Assembly (NCBI GenBank): GCA_004431415.1
Contig: QPMI01000169.1
Location: 1-64,000 of the forward strand
Direction: 5' to 3'
From: Cyanophora paradoxa CCMP329
Taxonomy: Eukaryota; Plantae; Glaucophyta
DNA length: 64,000 nucleotides
The translations under genes and the position numbers were made by a program. Below, piece by piece: positions 22,221 through 40,103 of the stretch (positions are counted from its first letter, which is position 1; the number at the start of each line of letters is the position of its first letter). The notes beneath the pieces were generated by a model, which did no database searches, had not been told where the DNA came from, and saw only the letters and a program-made list of their open reading frames with translations.

Positions 22221-22938
22221 CGCTGCCCCCGCCCCCCTCACGCTCTTCTCAGGACCTCGCTGGGAAATTCGCGCGCTCGGCCAGCGCGCTTCGCCGGTCT
22301 CGGTCTGTACGGGGGAGGCTGCGGAAGTCTCCTGATGGGTTGCGCGGTGCGCACGGCTGCGGCACCAGCTGCAGCTGGGCGTTGTTCAGAGGGCTGAGGC
22401 GAATTGCAATTGCGTGCTCGCGCGCTGGACTCTATTGGCAGCTGGGGAGCTTGCGAATGAAGGCTGCAATGTCACGTATGAACGTGAACTAAGGCTGGTG
22501 GAAGCGTGGCGCGCGTGTGTTTGCAGAGCGCGCGCGCGCCCGGACTGATGAACTTCAGCTAGCTTGCAGCTGGCCTTCAATTCGCTCTAGATAAACCACG
22601 TGCATATACTGCTATGAGCCAAAAGCGTTAAGTCGTGTTCGATCGAGGAGCCGGCTCAGCAAAGAGCCAGCTGCGGGGCCCGGGACCGGATCGGCAGGTG
22701 CTGAGTCACGGCCCTCGCGCCCTCCGAGCCGCGGGAGGCCGAGTCAACGAGTGGAGCAAGGCCTGCGGAGCCCAAGACGCCACCGTACGCCCCCGACGTA
22801 CGAGGCTGCTGCGCGGACCGAGACAAGATGCAACGGGGGGAACCGGCTGCAGAGGGGTACATCAGGCACAGCAGCGAGGCGCTTCAGAGTAGCTGCCGCT
22901 TTCGTTCCAGCGACTGAAGAATGCGCTGATCCTATCGA

Positions 22939-27015
<4,077 letters not shown>

Positions 27016-27314
27016 CCCGCAGTGCCCGCACCGCTCCCTACGGTCTGCTGCATTGCCACGCGCGCGGCGGCTACGAGGGCATCCAGAGGGGCGCCCGCGG
27101 CCTCGTCGGGCTCTTCCGCCCCCGCTTGGGCGCCGGGTCCTCCGAGGGCGGCGCCGGCCGCGCCGCCAGCGGCCCCCCCGCGCGCCGCGCGTTCGGCGGG
27201 CCCAGGCCGCCGTACTCGTCTGCGCGCACGGCGGTCAGAGGGGCGCTGGGCGCTCGCGCCAAGAGCCAAGCACCGAATGGGTTGAAGGAGGGGCCTGCCG
27301 AAGCAGGGGCAGCG

Positions 27315-29117
27315 TCAGCGCGGGCCGGCACGCCGGCGCGCTCGGAGGGGACGGGGCGCACCGAGGGGCTCGGCGGAGGGGCCGGAGGCGGACTGGGCGC
27401 GGCGGGAGAGGCCGGCGGAGGAGGCGGGGGCGGAGGTCTGGGCCTGGGCGGCGGACATGGCCCAGGCGGCCTCCTGGGCGGCGATGTCCTGCTGCCGCAG
27501 CGCCTGGGCCGCGGCGACGGGCTCCACGGAGGAGAGGAGCTCGTTGCCGCCGCCCTGCTGCCCGTACGTGTCCCGGCCCCACGCGTAGATCTTCCCCGCG
27601 TCCGTCACCGCCGCCGTGTGGCTGCCCCCGCACGCCACCCGCCGCATCTTCTTCCCCTTGAGCGCCTTCACGTGCCGCGGCTCCTTCTGCTTGCTCACCC
27701 CGAACCTGCCCCCCAGCTAAGGGACGCCGGCCGCGAGCCGCGCGCCGGGTGCGCGCGGGGCGCACCCGATGCCGTTCTGGCCGAGCTCGGAGCGGCCCCA
27801 GGCGTAGACCTCGCCGTCCTCCATGACGGCGACGGTGTGCATCGCGCCGCACGCCATCTGCCGGACCTGCTTGCCGTGCAGCGCCGAGACGAGCGTCGGC
27901 GTGTCGTGGTCCGCCAGCGTCCCCAGCCCGAGCTGCCCGTACATGTTCCGGCCCCATGCGTACACCTCCCCCTGGTCTGCGCCCCGCCCGAGCCGGGGCC
28001 TCAGCGGGGGCCGCCCCCGCGCAGCGCAGCGCCGCGGGCGGGGCCGGGCGCACAGGTGACGACGACGGTGTGGTCGGCGCCGCAGGCGACGTCGCGGACG
28101 CCCTTCTTGCGCAGCAGGCGGATCGGCTGCGGCGTCCGCTTCTCCCCGTCCGTCCCCAGGCCCAGCGCCCCGTACGTGCCCCGGCCCCACGCGTACAGCT
28201 CCCCCGTGTCTGCCCACGCCCCGGCTCGGCTCGGCGAAGGGCGGGGGGCGGGGGCGGGGTCGGGCGGGGGCGGGGCGCACCGGAGAGGGCCATGGAGTGG
28301 TTGTCGCCGCACGCGATCTGGGTGACGTTGATGCCCGAGAGGGCCTCCACCCGCCGCGGCAGCGCTTCGCCCTGCGCGCCCCCGTGCCCCAGCTGCCCGT
28401 AGTCGTTCGCCCCCCACGCGAAGACCTCCCCCACCGCTGCCGCCAGCCCTGTCGGCGCCGGCCGCGCGGGCCAGGCGGGGCGGGGCGGGCGGGGCGGACT
28501 GGTGAGGGCGATGGAGTGGAGGTCGCCGCAGGCGATCTGGCGGGTGCCCTTCCCCTTGAGGACCTCCACGTGCGCCGGGCTCTTCACGCGCGCCTCCCCG
28601 ACCCCGACCCCCAGCTGCCCCTGCTCGTTGTTCCCGAACGCGTACACCTCCCCGTTGTCTGCCCCGCCCCGGCCCCGTCGCACCGCGCCCCGCGGCGGGC
28701 GGCGGCGCGCGCACCGGCGAGGACGAGCGTGTGGGACGTGCCGCAGGCGACCATGCGGCTCTTGCGCTGCAGCGGCGGCGCCAGCAGCAGCCGCGGCACG
28801 CTCAGGTGCCGGAAGTCGTTGTGTCCCAGCTGCCCGGAGTCCCCGCGGCCCCACGAGTAGACATCCCCGTTCTCTGCGCTGCGCGGTGAGCCGAGCCTCG
28901 GCCGCCCCGCGCTGGGCGCTCGCCTGTGACCGCCACCGTGTGGTCGCAGCCGCAGGCGGCCGCCCGCAGCACGACGTCGTTCAGAGCCTCGATGAGCTTG
29001 GGCCAGAACTGTCCCGAGGCGCCATTGCGCATAGACGTGACGAGCGAGCCTGCCGGAGCCGGTGATGCGGGGCAGCGTTGAGTCAGGCAGGGAGAGATAG
29101 CCCGCACCCAGACTCAT
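27315..29117 (-). CDS. RCC1-repeat beta-propeller protein
   Basis: Repeated ACG-x-x-H(T/S) and VY(A/S)WG(R/A)-x-x-x-GQLG motifs, about 7 blades. Confidence 0.9.
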
Positions 29118-29414
29118 TGTTCTAGCATGCGTAGCTAACGACGGTGCAGCGCTAAATCGGGTCACCCTCCGCGCCGAGCGCCCACCGCACTCCCCTGGCT
29201 CTCTACGCTTATCGCTTCTGTACAGCTAGCGGAACCAAGGTAAGAGCGCCTCTGCTTGGTTCCTTCTTTGTGCTCGCTTTTGTGTTTGTGTATCCCCCTC
29301 CAACTCGTCCCCCTCCCCAGAGCTTCGTCCACCTTTCAACCGCAACCGCCGGCACGCCTGTGGAGTTCTCCAGCGTGCTTCGCACCCCTACAGATCGTAG
29401 GCGCTTTACGCGGG

Positions 29415-30656
29415 ATGCGGGCGCGACAGGCGCCTTCGAAGGCGCCGCTGTCGCTGGAGGAGTTGCGCAAGCGCGTCGAGGACGCCAAGTGCGCCTCTCT
29501 GCATCGTTTCAGTCGCGCGCTGAGCCTCGCCGGGCAGGGCCGAGGTCGAGTCGTGCGCGTTCTGGCTGGACCTGCGGCGTGCGCGCCCCTGCAGATGCGC
29601 TTAGCTGCCGGAAACTGATCGCCATGCGTTGCGCAGGGAAGCTGTGCGACGCCCTGCTTCCGGAGATCCTCGTAAACGTCGAGGCCACGCTGAGCCAGGC
29701 CCCGCCGGCCGGGCCGGCCGACGCGCCCTCGACGCCGGGCGTTGCTGCGGATGCGCCGGCGGCAGAGCCGGTGCTGGACGTCGTGTGCTACGGGATCGGC
29801 AGCTTCGCGCAGTCGCGGATCTCGCGGGACCAGCTCGCGCTGGCGCTCCTCCTCCGCGATCGCCTCGGCGTGCGCGGCGCGCGCCCCGCCCGCGGCCCCG
29901 CTGAGGGCGCGGCGCAGGTGGCGGCGTCGCTGGCGGTGTTCGACCCCGTGCTGGGCGCCGAGGAGCGAGCGCTCCTCGCCCAGCTCGGCTGCGAGGTCAT
30001 CCCCTCCAACGAGGTCCCGCGCGCCGCCCCGCCCTCGGCCCGCCTCGCGCGCCAACGAGGGGCGCAGGAGGGCCGGCGCGCCGCGCGGCGGGCGACGATC
30101 TTCTACATGCCGCACTGCCCGCGGCGGCTCTACAGCAACGTGCTGCGCGCCAACTGGGGCCCGGCGCTCGCCCGCATCCTCGTCATCGGCAACAGCTTCG
30201 GGCACTACGGGGAGCGGGCCGGGGAGAGCGAGCGGCGGGCGGGGCGGTCGTGCCTGCTGCGGGCGCTGCCGCACGCGGTGGAGGCGGGCGTGGAGGGCGC
30301 CGCGCTGCACGGCGCCGGCCTCGTCTTCAACGACACCGCCCTCCACGCCTTCCCCCCCGCCCCCGCCGCCCCGCCCTCGCCGCCCGCCTCGGCCCGCCCC
30401 CGCCCCCGCCCCCGACCCCGGCTGGTCCTACGTCAGCAGCGGCGCCGGCGGCAAGAAGAAGAGCCGCCGCGGGCGCTGGGCCGCCGTGCGGCTCGACACG
30501 GAGCCGGAGCCGGCGGGGGCCGCGGAGGGCGGGCAGGAGGCGGGGGCCGGGGAGTGGTGGGAGCGCGTGCGGCCGCCCCCGGAGGACGAGGAGCCCGCCG
30601 GCGGCCCCGACGACGAGCTCGTCCCCTCCGGCACCGGCGGCGAGCCCCAGCGATAG
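29415..30656 (+). CDS. SRR1: SRR1-domain protein (Sensitivity to Red light Reduced 1-like)
   Basis: VVCYGIGSF, QLALALLL, VFDPV, FYMPHCPRRLYSNVLRANW, VIGNSF, FNDTALHAF. The start is uncertain. Confidence 0.85.
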
Positions 30657-30731
30657 GCGCAGCGTGCTCGAGACAATTGACGATTACGATTACGATTACG
30701 AGGCCTATCTAGAGTGCGCCAGGCCGCGAAG

Positions 30732-31538
30732 CTACCCCCCCTTGGCGCCTGCGTTGCGCCAGAACTACAGCGCCCCAGTCAGGCTGGCCGGGGGCCGGGT
30801 GCCGGCGGAAACGGGGAGTGCTGGGCGCACCTGCGGGTCCTTGTTGAGCTTGTCGGTGAACTTCTGGTACCACTGCGCGGGGGTGTCGGTCCAAGCAGTG
30901 GCCGCCGGGGTGGGCGCGGGGAGGGATCGACCTGGTCGAGGGTGTTTGTCGGAACGTTGATGCGGTCCGACGCACCACTCGAGAAGCTCTCCAGAAACCT
31001 GGAAAAGATTCAGAAGGGGCCAGGTCGCCCAGAATAGTAAGCGAAGAGGGACCTGAACAGGTCGAATGCGACGAATTTGGCGAACTCCTGGTAGTCGTGG
31101 CGAGGGGGCAGGGGGGGCTGAACGCCGAGCTGCTCGATGCTGACGCCGAGCTGCAGGGAGCACTGGGCGCCGAGGGAGATCGCCCGGTCCCGCTGCGCGT
31201 CGCTGAACTTCATCTGCGGGCAGGGCGCCTCAGCGAGAGACGTACGCCTCCGACGGGCGCCGTACCTTCAGGACGGCGCTCGGCGTCTCGTTCGAGACGT
31301 GGCCAACATACGTCCAGTCCGCGTGAGGCGGGCCAAGCGCGACGTACAGTGCGGCGCAGAACAGGGGCCCAGGGAGCGGAACAGCGCCTGTGAGGAACAG
31401 CGTGATTGTGCAGTCCTCCCGAGAAAGGAGATCTTGCGCGGTCTCTACGCTGGCCAAGAACTTCGTGCCGTCACCGGGAGTGGCTGCGAAGACACCCGGA
31501 ATACGCCCAGGTATGCAGTAGCCAAGAGGACTCGCCAT
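30732..31538 (-). CDS. Hikeshi/OPI10 family (DUF775) Hsp70 nuclear import carrier
   Basis: LFLTGAVPLP, WTYVGHVSNETPSAVLK, QLGVSIE, QWYQKFTDKLNKDPQ|FW. Confidence 0.85.
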
Positions 31539-31975
31539 TTAAGCGCTGACGGAGCCCCGCGCTCGTGGAAAGTCACGTCAAGACGAACGGCCCGAATTCC
31601 GCAGGCCAGAGGCGCTGCAAATGTGATGCTAACAACGTTCTTTGCCCTTGCGCGCTTGGCGCACGCGCTGCAGAGTGCCGACGACCGAAGCTAACCAAGG
31701 TGCAAGATAACCAAGGTGCAGGCAGCTCGTCACCGCCGCAGAAACTGCCGGTGCTGCGTACGAGGCGATGTGTGGTGCGCGCGAGGTGCGGAAGCGCGAC
31801 TGGAAAGTTCGACACCTTTTTTCCGACAAAACGGGGTACGCGTCTCGAGGAGGCCAGCCAGCTGACAACGAGCGCGCCAGCCGTGTGCCGGTATCGATAC
31901 GGATATCGATAGCGCTCTAGCTGCGCGTAGCGCTGTAGCCGTGCGAGCTCGGGTCCCGAGCTGCGCCGTCCGGCG

Positions 31976-34006
31976 ATGAGCGAGCAGCAGTACACGCCCA
32001 TAAACGAAGCTGGCGATGAGGAGGCTGGCGCGGCGGCGCGTGCTCCGCGCCGGCCGGCCGCTGGAGCTCTTCCGCTCAGCGTGAAGCCGCCCGCAATGGG
32101 GCTTCTGATCGGCAGCGTCGTATTCGTCGCGTTGGCGCTTTGCGTTCTCACTGCCGCCATCGCGTACAGGAGCGGATTCAGTGCGCTCTCGCCCGCGCCC
32201 TTCCCGCCGCACTCTCACGCGCGTGGCAGAGGCGGGGGGCAAAGCCGAGCTGGCGCACGTAATCCAGAGCGGGGCCTTCTCGGCCTCGGGGTCTCCCGTG
32301 CCAGCCGGCGCCCGGCCTCGGAATGCGCGCCCCCTCGTCCCTTGACCCACGACGCGCGGGATGCGGGAGTGACGCGGGCGGCGGCAGGTGGTGCTGATGA
32401 TCCCGGACGGAACTGGCCCGGCGTCGTGGACGCTGGCGCGGGACGTGGCCCGGGCGCTGCGGCTGCGGGACGAGCTCTTCCTTGACGGCTCCCTCACGGG
32501 CGCCAGCCGCACCCGCTCGAACAACTCCCTTGTTACCGACAGCGCCGCCGGCGCCACCGCCTTCAGCTGCGCGCAAAAGACCCTCAACGGCGGTGCGCGC
32601 CCCCTTCATTCCCCTCCCCCGCCCCGCGCCGCGCCGAGGCGAGCCGCCGAGCGGGCGGAGGGCAGCGATCTCGGTGCTGCCGGACGGGCGGCGGTGCGGG
32701 ACGCTCTTCGAGGCGGCGCAGGCGAAGGGCATGGCCACCGGCATCGTCGTCACCACCCGCCTCACCCACGCCACCCCCGCCGTGCGCCCCGCCGCCCCGC
32801 CCGGGCCGCACCCCGCCCGCCCCGCCCCGCCCCGCCCCGCCGGCGCCGCGCACGCCGACGGTGGGGCAGTGCTTCGGGGCGCACGTGGCGGACCGGGACG
32901 AGGAGGAGGAGATCGCGTCGCAGTTGGCGACCTCCCGCATCGACCTCATGCTCGGCGGCGGCCGCCGCTTCTTCGAGCCCAAGCGCCCCGGCGCCCACGG
33001 CGGCCGCCGCGACGGCCGCGACCTCCCCGCCGAGATGAAGGCGGCGGGGTACAGCGTGCTGCGGGAGCGCGCGGCGCTGGACGCGCCCCTCTCGCTCCCC
33101 GCCGTGGGCCTCTTCGCGTGGGACCACATGGACTACGAGATCGACCGCCGCGTCCGCCCCGCCCCGCCCCGCCCCGCCCCGCTCCATCCCGCCCCGCGAG
33201 CGGCGCGCAGCCGGAGGAGCAGCCGTCGCTGCGGGAGATGACGGCGGCGGCGCTGGCGGCGCTGCGGACAGACGGCCGGCCCTTCATCCTCATGGTCGAG
33301 GGCTCCCGCGTCGGTCCGCGCCCCCTCGGCCCCGCCCCGAGCCGCCCGGGACCGACGCCGGGGGGGGGCAGACCACGCGGCGCACGCGAACGACGCGCAG
33401 GCGCACGCGCGGGACCTGCTCGCCTTCGACGAGGCGGCGGGGGCCGTGCTCGCCGACACGGCCCGCCACGGGGACACGCTCCTCGTCGCCGTCGCCGACC
33501 ACGAGTGCGGGGGCCTCACCCTCGGGCGCGACGGCCTCTACGCGTGGTACGCGGCGCCCGTCGCCACGGCCCGCGCCTCCAACGAGCGCCTCGCCTCCGA
33601 CCTCGCCGCCTCGAGCGGCGCCGGCCCGGGGCCCCTCGCCGCCCGCATCCGCGCCGCCCTCGACTGCCCCGACGGCCCCGCCCTCGCCGGCGCGGCGGCG
33701 GCGGCGACGGCGACTGGCGCGGCGAACGTGACGGCGCTGGAGCACCGCGTGGGGGCGCTCGTGAGCGGGCCGGCGCGGCTGGCGTGGACGAGCGGGGGCC
33801 ACACGGGGGTCGACGTGCACGTGCACAGCGCGGGGCCCGGCTCGGAGCGCTTCCGGGGCACGCTGGAGAACGCCGAGGTGGGGCGCCGCATCGCGGAGCT
33901 CCTCGGGCTCGACCTCGAGGCCGCCACCCGCCGCCTCGCCCCGCTCCCGCCCTTCCCCGCCTCCGCCTTCAAGCCCCCGCCCGACGCCCCCAACGCCCCC
34001 CAGTAG
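31976..34006 (+). CDS. Alkaline phosphatase (PhoA/Pho8 family), type II membrane anchor
   Basis: N-terminal TM helix; NVVLMIPDG, VTDSAAGATA (catalytic Ser), THATPA, MVEGSRVDHAAHAND, ADHECGG, HTGVDV. Confidence 0.93.
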
Positions 34007-34222
34007 CCTTCGCCTCCCCATCCCTCCACCCCCCTCCTCCCCTTGCCCTCTGGGCCAGCACCGGGCCCCACTTTTTCAAGGCTTCTTTTCTGTACTCGTA
34101 CCTGTAGTCACCAATCCTAGTTACCACATCAAATGGCTATCGGCTTTTCAGTAGTTCGCAGGTTACGGCTTGGCGCGGTTGAAATCGAGGGAAGAGAGCG
34201 GGGGGTCAGCGGGAGCGGGGGG

Positions 34223-37207
34223 TCAGCGGTAGGTGTAGGGGGGGCCGCCCAGGGGTGGCTCGGCGGGGCGGGCGGGGGCGGGGGCGGCGATGCGGAGGGC
34301 GGGGAAGAGGCCGCCGCCGGGCAGCAGCTTCCAGCTCGGCTTCCGCGCCCACGCCTTGACGTTCGCGTTCGGCCGCCGCGCGGGGAGCGAGTTGGGCGGC
34401 GCGATCGGCACGCCCCCGCCCGGCCACTCGCCCTCCTCCGCCGCGCCGCCGGCGGCCCCGGCGGGGAGGGCGCGGGCGAGTTGAGGGCGAGGCGGGGGCG
34501 GGACCGAGGGCGGCCTCGGGGGGCCGGCGTGGGCGAGGGCGGCGAGGGCGGCGGCGGCCTCGCGCTGGAGGCTCGCCTCGCGGCCGCCGTCGGCGAGGCG
34601 GGCGAGGCCGCGGGCGGGGCGCCGCGGCGTGGCGAGCCCCGCAACGTCCTCCCACCGCGAGGCCAGCGCCGCGGCCCGGGAGCGGGCGCCCCGGGGCCCC
34701 CAGCAGGGGGTCGTACAGCGGGCGCGCCGAGGGGAGGTCCCCTCCGACGCCCCCCGCCGCGAGAGGAGCACGCTCTCCTCGATGAAGCCGCGCTCGCGCG
34801 GGGCGAGGCGCGGGTCGAGGCGCACGAAGGCCGGCGCGTCGCCCCCGGCGAGGCGGCCGTGGGGCAGCTCGCGGGGCCGCGGGGCGGCGAGCCCCGTGGG
34901 GAGGCCCATCGTGGAGGGCCCGTGGATGGCGTGCGCCCCCGACGCCTCCCGCGGGGCGTGGAGCGGGGGCGGGGCGTGCGGCGCCGCCTCGTGGAACGCG
35001 GCCTCCGCGAAGGCGTGGGAGGGGCGGCGGGAGCCCTCGGGCGCCGCCGCCGGCACCGCCCCGACGGCAGCGCCGCCTCGAACGAGAACTGCGCGTGCGG
35101 CCGATCGGAGACGGGCGCGCAGGACGATGGGCGCGGCGGGCGGCGGGCGCACGGTGGCGGCGGCGAGGATGCGCGGGAGGCGGCCGGGAAGCTCGCCTGC
35201 GAGGCGCGGCGGGAGCTGGGGGGCAGCGGGTCCCGCGCCGCCCACAGCGGCCCCCGCTCCTGCCGCCGCGGCGACTTGGCCACCGCCTCGAGCGACGGCA
35301 GCCGCTCGATCGAGCGGGGCGCGGGGCGCGCTGGCTTCCGCGGGGCGGCAGCGGCGCGGGGAGGGAGCGGGCGGGGGCGGGCGGGGCTGCGGGGGCGGCG
35401 CCTGGGGAGGGGCTGCTGGGGGAGGACGACGGAGGGGCGGCGGCTGCGGGCGCGGCGCTTGCGCGTGGCCGCGAGGGCGGGGGCGGCGGGGGCGGCGGGG
35501 GCGGCCGGCTCGGACGGGGGCCGGGGCGCCTCGGGCTCCCCCGGCGCCGCCTCCTCCTCCTCCTCGCTCTCGCTCTCGGGGGGCGGCGCGGGGGCCTCCT
35601 CCCGCTTCGGGTTCACGATGGCGTCCACGCTGCCGCCCCCCCGGCGCTCGCCGCGCGAGCCCAAAGCGGGGCGGGGCGGAGCGCAGGGACGGACCTGATG
35701 CGGAGCTCCGCGAGGGACTCGGCGGCGTCGACGGCGGCGGCGGCGCGCTGGACGGCGTGCACGGCGGCCCCCACGTGGACGCTCTCGCTCTTGATCCCCG
35801 CCACCACGTTCCGCAGCAGCACCGCCGCCGTCTCGATCTCCCGCCCCGGGAAGCCCAGGTCCCCGCCCCGGCTGCTCCGGCTCATCACCGAGCGGCCTCC
35901 GCGCGACGCGTACCCCTCCTCGTCCACCTCCTCGTCGCTCTCGTGCACGCGCTCGTAGAGGCCTGCGCCGGCGTCACGCGGGGCGGGCGGCGGCGCCCCG
36001 CGGCGCGTGCGGCGGACCGCCGACGGTGGTGGCGCGGGAGAGGGCGCGCGAGACGTGGCTGCCCGCGGGGGAGAGCCGCCCGTCCTCGGGGGCGTCCACG
36101 CCGAGGAAGCGGAGGCCGCCCCACTGCGCCCCGCCCGAGGCCTCCAGCAGCCCCGCCACGCCCCCGCGGCCCGCGCTCCCGCCCCCGCCCCCGCCATCCG
36201 ACCCCTCGTCGGCGGAGCGGGCGGCGCGGGAGGGGGCGATGGAGGGCGGGGAGGAGCGCGGGGCGGGGAAGGCCGAGGCCCCCGTCTCGGGGCGCGCCGG
36301 CGGGAGCGTGTCCCGCACCGCCCCCTCCAGGCCCCGCACCAGCCGCGACAGCTGCCCCGCGCTCGGCCCCGCGGCGCGAGCGGGGCGGGCCGGGCAGCGG
36401 CGTCTCACGGAGACGAGGAGCAGGCGGGCCTCGGCGGTGAGGGCGCCGTGGTCCTCCGTGCCCGAGTCCAGCGCCGCCGTCACCTCGTCCCCGTGCTCCG
36501 TCCCCAGCCGCTCCGCCGCCGCCACCAGGTGCTCTGACCCCCGGCCCCCGCTCGGCCCCCCTCGCGTGCAAGGAAGGGGGGGGCCTTGGAGGGGGGCGCC
36601 GCACCCTCGGCCTTCTCGATCCCCGCGCGGACCTCCCGCAGCTTCACGTTCCCTGACTTCGCCAGCACTGCCCGCCCGCCCTCGCGGGTTAGCGGGAGCC
36701 GCGGCGCCCGCCTCCCTCCGGGCCCGCGGCCGGCACCCGCACCGGCGGCATTCTGGCTGAACCAGGTCTGGAGCCGGTCGATGGCGCCGCGCATGTTCTG
36801 CAGGTCTGCCCGGGCGCGTCAGCAGAGCCCGGAGCGGGCCCAGGGATGCATCGCCCGCACCCTCGTACGCCTTGCGGACGGCGGCCTCGCCGCGCAAGGC
36901 CGTTTCGCCGCGGGCGCTCGACTTGGGCCGCGAGCTCCTCGGGGTGCGCGAGGCGCCGCGCCCCCCCGCCAACGTCGACTGGGACTCGTGGTGCTGGATG
37001 AGGCGCTCCACGTGGCTCACCTGCTCCGTCTTCGTCTGGGGTCGCGCCGCAGTGTCCACCTCGATCCTGACCTGCGCGGCGCGGCATCCGATGATCCGCC
37101 GGGAAGCGCAGGAAAGTGGAGGGCGCCGCCGACCTGCTGAACCTTGGCCCGGATCCGCCCGAAACCTGCCGCCGTGGGCGCGTGCCCCGCCTCGGCCGCA
37201 TTGCCAT
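34223..37207 (-). CDS. Large low-complexity hypothetical protein with coiled-coil segments
   Basis: Coding-like exons (QVSHVERLIQHHESQ, NMRGAIDRLQTWFSQN, EHLVAAAERLG, ETAAVLLRNVVAGIKSE) with typical introns. Ends are approximate. Confidence 0.5.
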
Positions 37208-37780
37208 TGGTCTTCTCGGCCTCCGGCTTGCGCAGCACGAAACGCCTGCGCGACCCGAGCAGCTCCTCAAGCGAGTTTTGATCTCCTGTCATGGTGGCAG
37301 TCGAGACCGTGGCTTAGCTAAAGCGTCTTCCCGAACCAGCCGGGCGGCCGAACTGCACGGGGGCTAGCTGCCGGCATGTTCTACGACAAATTAAACGCTC
37401 AGCTATAGCAGGAGCTGTATGCAGCGGATCCGCCGGCGGACAGTGCGCACCCAGGTCCGGGTCCGCGTACCCGGGCTAAAGCGCAGCAATTTGGCTTTCC
37501 GTTACGCAAGCCGTGGCGGCCACCCCGAGGCTGCGCGCAGCTTGGCAAACACAAAGAAAATCCCGTAGACGCAATGCCCTAGGCTACCGAAGCTCCTCGG
37601 TTTCTTGCCGCGCCACGCCGCGCGTCGGTTAACCTTGCGAGGTCCAGCAGTGTGATCATTCTCAAAACATATAGAAGTTGATAGCCCCGCTCGGCAGCGA
37701 GTTCTGCGCTGCGTGCTCGCGAACCGCATACGTAGCAACAGTCACCGGCCCAGCTTTCACATTGACGGGCTGTTAAAAAG

Positions 37781-39867
37781 ATGTACACTGGCGCGTCCCC
37801 GTACCTTTCCGCGCCGGCCGACTTAAGGTGCGTTGCTCGGCTTGCTGATGTCGCCATCCTGCGGAATGCTCTCGGCCGCCCCGCCCTCGGCCTCATTAAC
37901 CCCATGCCGCAGCGCGCTCAGCGACCGGAAGCGGGAGCGCCCGTCGCTCGACCGCGCGAATACGACCGGGACCTCGTCCTTCGCGCGGCAGCGGGAGCGG
38001 GAGCAGGCGTTGGGCGAGGAGTTCCCCATCCTCGGGGACCTCTACAAGACCAAGAAGCTGCTGGCCAGCCTGCAGGGCTGGATCGCCGCCAACGCCGACG
38101 TCCTTGGTCTCAGCAGCGGCGCCAAGGTGCTGCAGCTCAAGGAGCTGCTCACGAAGGCCGAGGGCTTTCTCTGGGGTCCGCCCCTCCTGCGCGCGCGGGG
38201 CGCGCCGGGCGGAGCGGGCGCCGAGCGGGGGCGCGCGCAGAGGCGGCGGAGAAGCTGGGGGTGAGCGAGCACAACCCGGAGATCCAGCGGGTGGAGCCGA
38301 TGCCGACCTTCGACGAGTCCAACGCGCAGACGCTAGCCGTCGAAGTCCGCATGCTCCTATCCGAACAGGTCCGCCCCGCCCCGCCCGCCCCGCCCCGGCC
38401 CCGCCCTCCGCCCCGCCAAGACGGCCGCAGACGCGTCTGCTGCGGGCGATCATCGCCAAGGTGGAGCACGACGTCGAGGCCGACCACTCCGCCGTGCGCC
38501 CCCCGCGCCCCGCCCCCCGCGCCCCGCCCCCGGCGCCGACGCGGCGCCGACGCGGCGCAGGCGTCGCCGAAGACGCCGAGCCGGGGCCAGCGGGAGCACG
38601 GGCGCGGGCTGGCGGTGCCGCTGCTGCAGCAGAACCGGAGCAGCCGGCGGCGGGCGGGGATGCCGAAGCGCGCCATCGAGCAGGCCTTCCTCACCATGCA
38701 GCTCATGGCCGCCGCCGTCCGCAACGGTGCCCCCGCCCCGCCCCGCCCCCGCCCCGCGCGGCGCCCCGGCGAGGGCCGGCGAAGCTGACGGGGCCGGCGG
38801 CGGAGGGCAGAGCTGCACGTGGCGCCGATCGCGGCGCAGCGGGTGGCGGCGCAGGCGGCGCGGGAGATGGAGACGCGGATGTCGGACCTGCGCGCGAGCG
38901 TCAACGCCGTCCTCGCCCCGCCGCCCCGCCCCGCCCAGCCGCCCCTCGTCGTCGCCGTGGAGCCCGATCCCGAGCCCGAGGCGGCGGCGGGGCCCCCGGG
39001 CTCCCGCCCCGCCAGCGTGCGCCCCGGCAGCACCCGCGAGGCCCCCGCCCCCTCTCCCGCCGCGCCCCGCCGCCCCCGCCCGAGCCCGAGCCCGAGCCCG
39101 AGGAGGAGGAGGAGGAGGAGGCGTGGGGCGGGGAGGGGGAGGGGGAGGCCTCGGGCGGGGACGGCTGGGAGAGGTCGCCGGCGAAGAAGCGGGCGGCGCG
39201 GCGGCGGCAGGGTCCCATCGTCAAGATGCCATCCCGCTTCGTCTCCGGCGCCCGCCTGCTCGCCGCCCAGGGCGGCAAGCTCCCCGACTGGATGCACATG
39301 GAGGTTCGCAAGCCGCGGCCCCGGCCCCCGCCCCCGGCCCCGGCCCCGGCCCCCGCCCCGCCCCGCCCCCGCCTTCGCCCCGGTGCCGGCGCCGGCGCCT
39401 CGCGTCGCGGCCTCGGTGCCGCCGCCGGGCGTCAAGGCCTTCTCGCCGCGGGCCGTGCTCGGCGCCGACCGCCTCGCCCCGCTCGCCCTCGCCACGCCGC
39501 GCCGCTCCTACCAGCCCACCCCGCGCCGCGTCCTCGCGCCCCCGCTCCCGCCACGCACCCGCCCGCCCCGCACTACGAGCTCCCGAGGCCGGAGCCGGCG
39601 GCGGCGATGCCGGTGGCGGGGCCGGCGCGGGGGCGGCAGGCGGTGCCGATGTTCACGCTCTCGCCCGACGCGGTGCCGGAGCCGGTGCAGCGGCAGCTGC
39701 CCTCGTGGGTGACCCCGCGGGGGCCCCCGCTGCGGGCGCTGGGCGTGCCCCCGCCCCACCGCCTCGCCCACATGCCCGTCGCCGCCCTCGGGCCGGCCGT
39801 CGCGGGCAAGGGCGGCGGCCTCCTCCCCGCCATCCCGCCCCCGGGCTTCCGCCAGGCCTTCCACTAG
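37781..39867 (+). CDS. Hypothetical protein, helical N-terminal part and Pro-rich C-terminus
   Basis: EEFPILGDLYKTKKLLASLQGWIAANADVLG, QTLAVEVRMLLSEQ, AIEQAFLTMQLM. Stop TAG 39865-39867. The start is uncertain. Confidence 0.55.
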
Positions 39868-40103
39868 CTATAGCCCCCGAGGCCGCTTATTCACCTCTAT
39901 TTATTCGCGCCCCCTGCCCAGCTCTCCGCCCGCAGAGCTCTGTATTCCCGCATGCCCACCTGATCGCTCTGCTTCGCCCCCTTGCGTATTCGCTATCCCC
40001 GTGGCCATGCCGCAGTGCCCAGCTCGAGCTAGCTAGCTCCGAGGCTCCTCAGTGTGATTGAAATCGATTGAAGAATGAAGCGCCGTGGTGCGCGGGGCCA
40101 GGG

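Noticed and set aside
27315-29117. UVR8 photoreceptor
   Set aside because: The GWRHT Trp-triad motifs are absent, so this is a generic RCC1 propeller.
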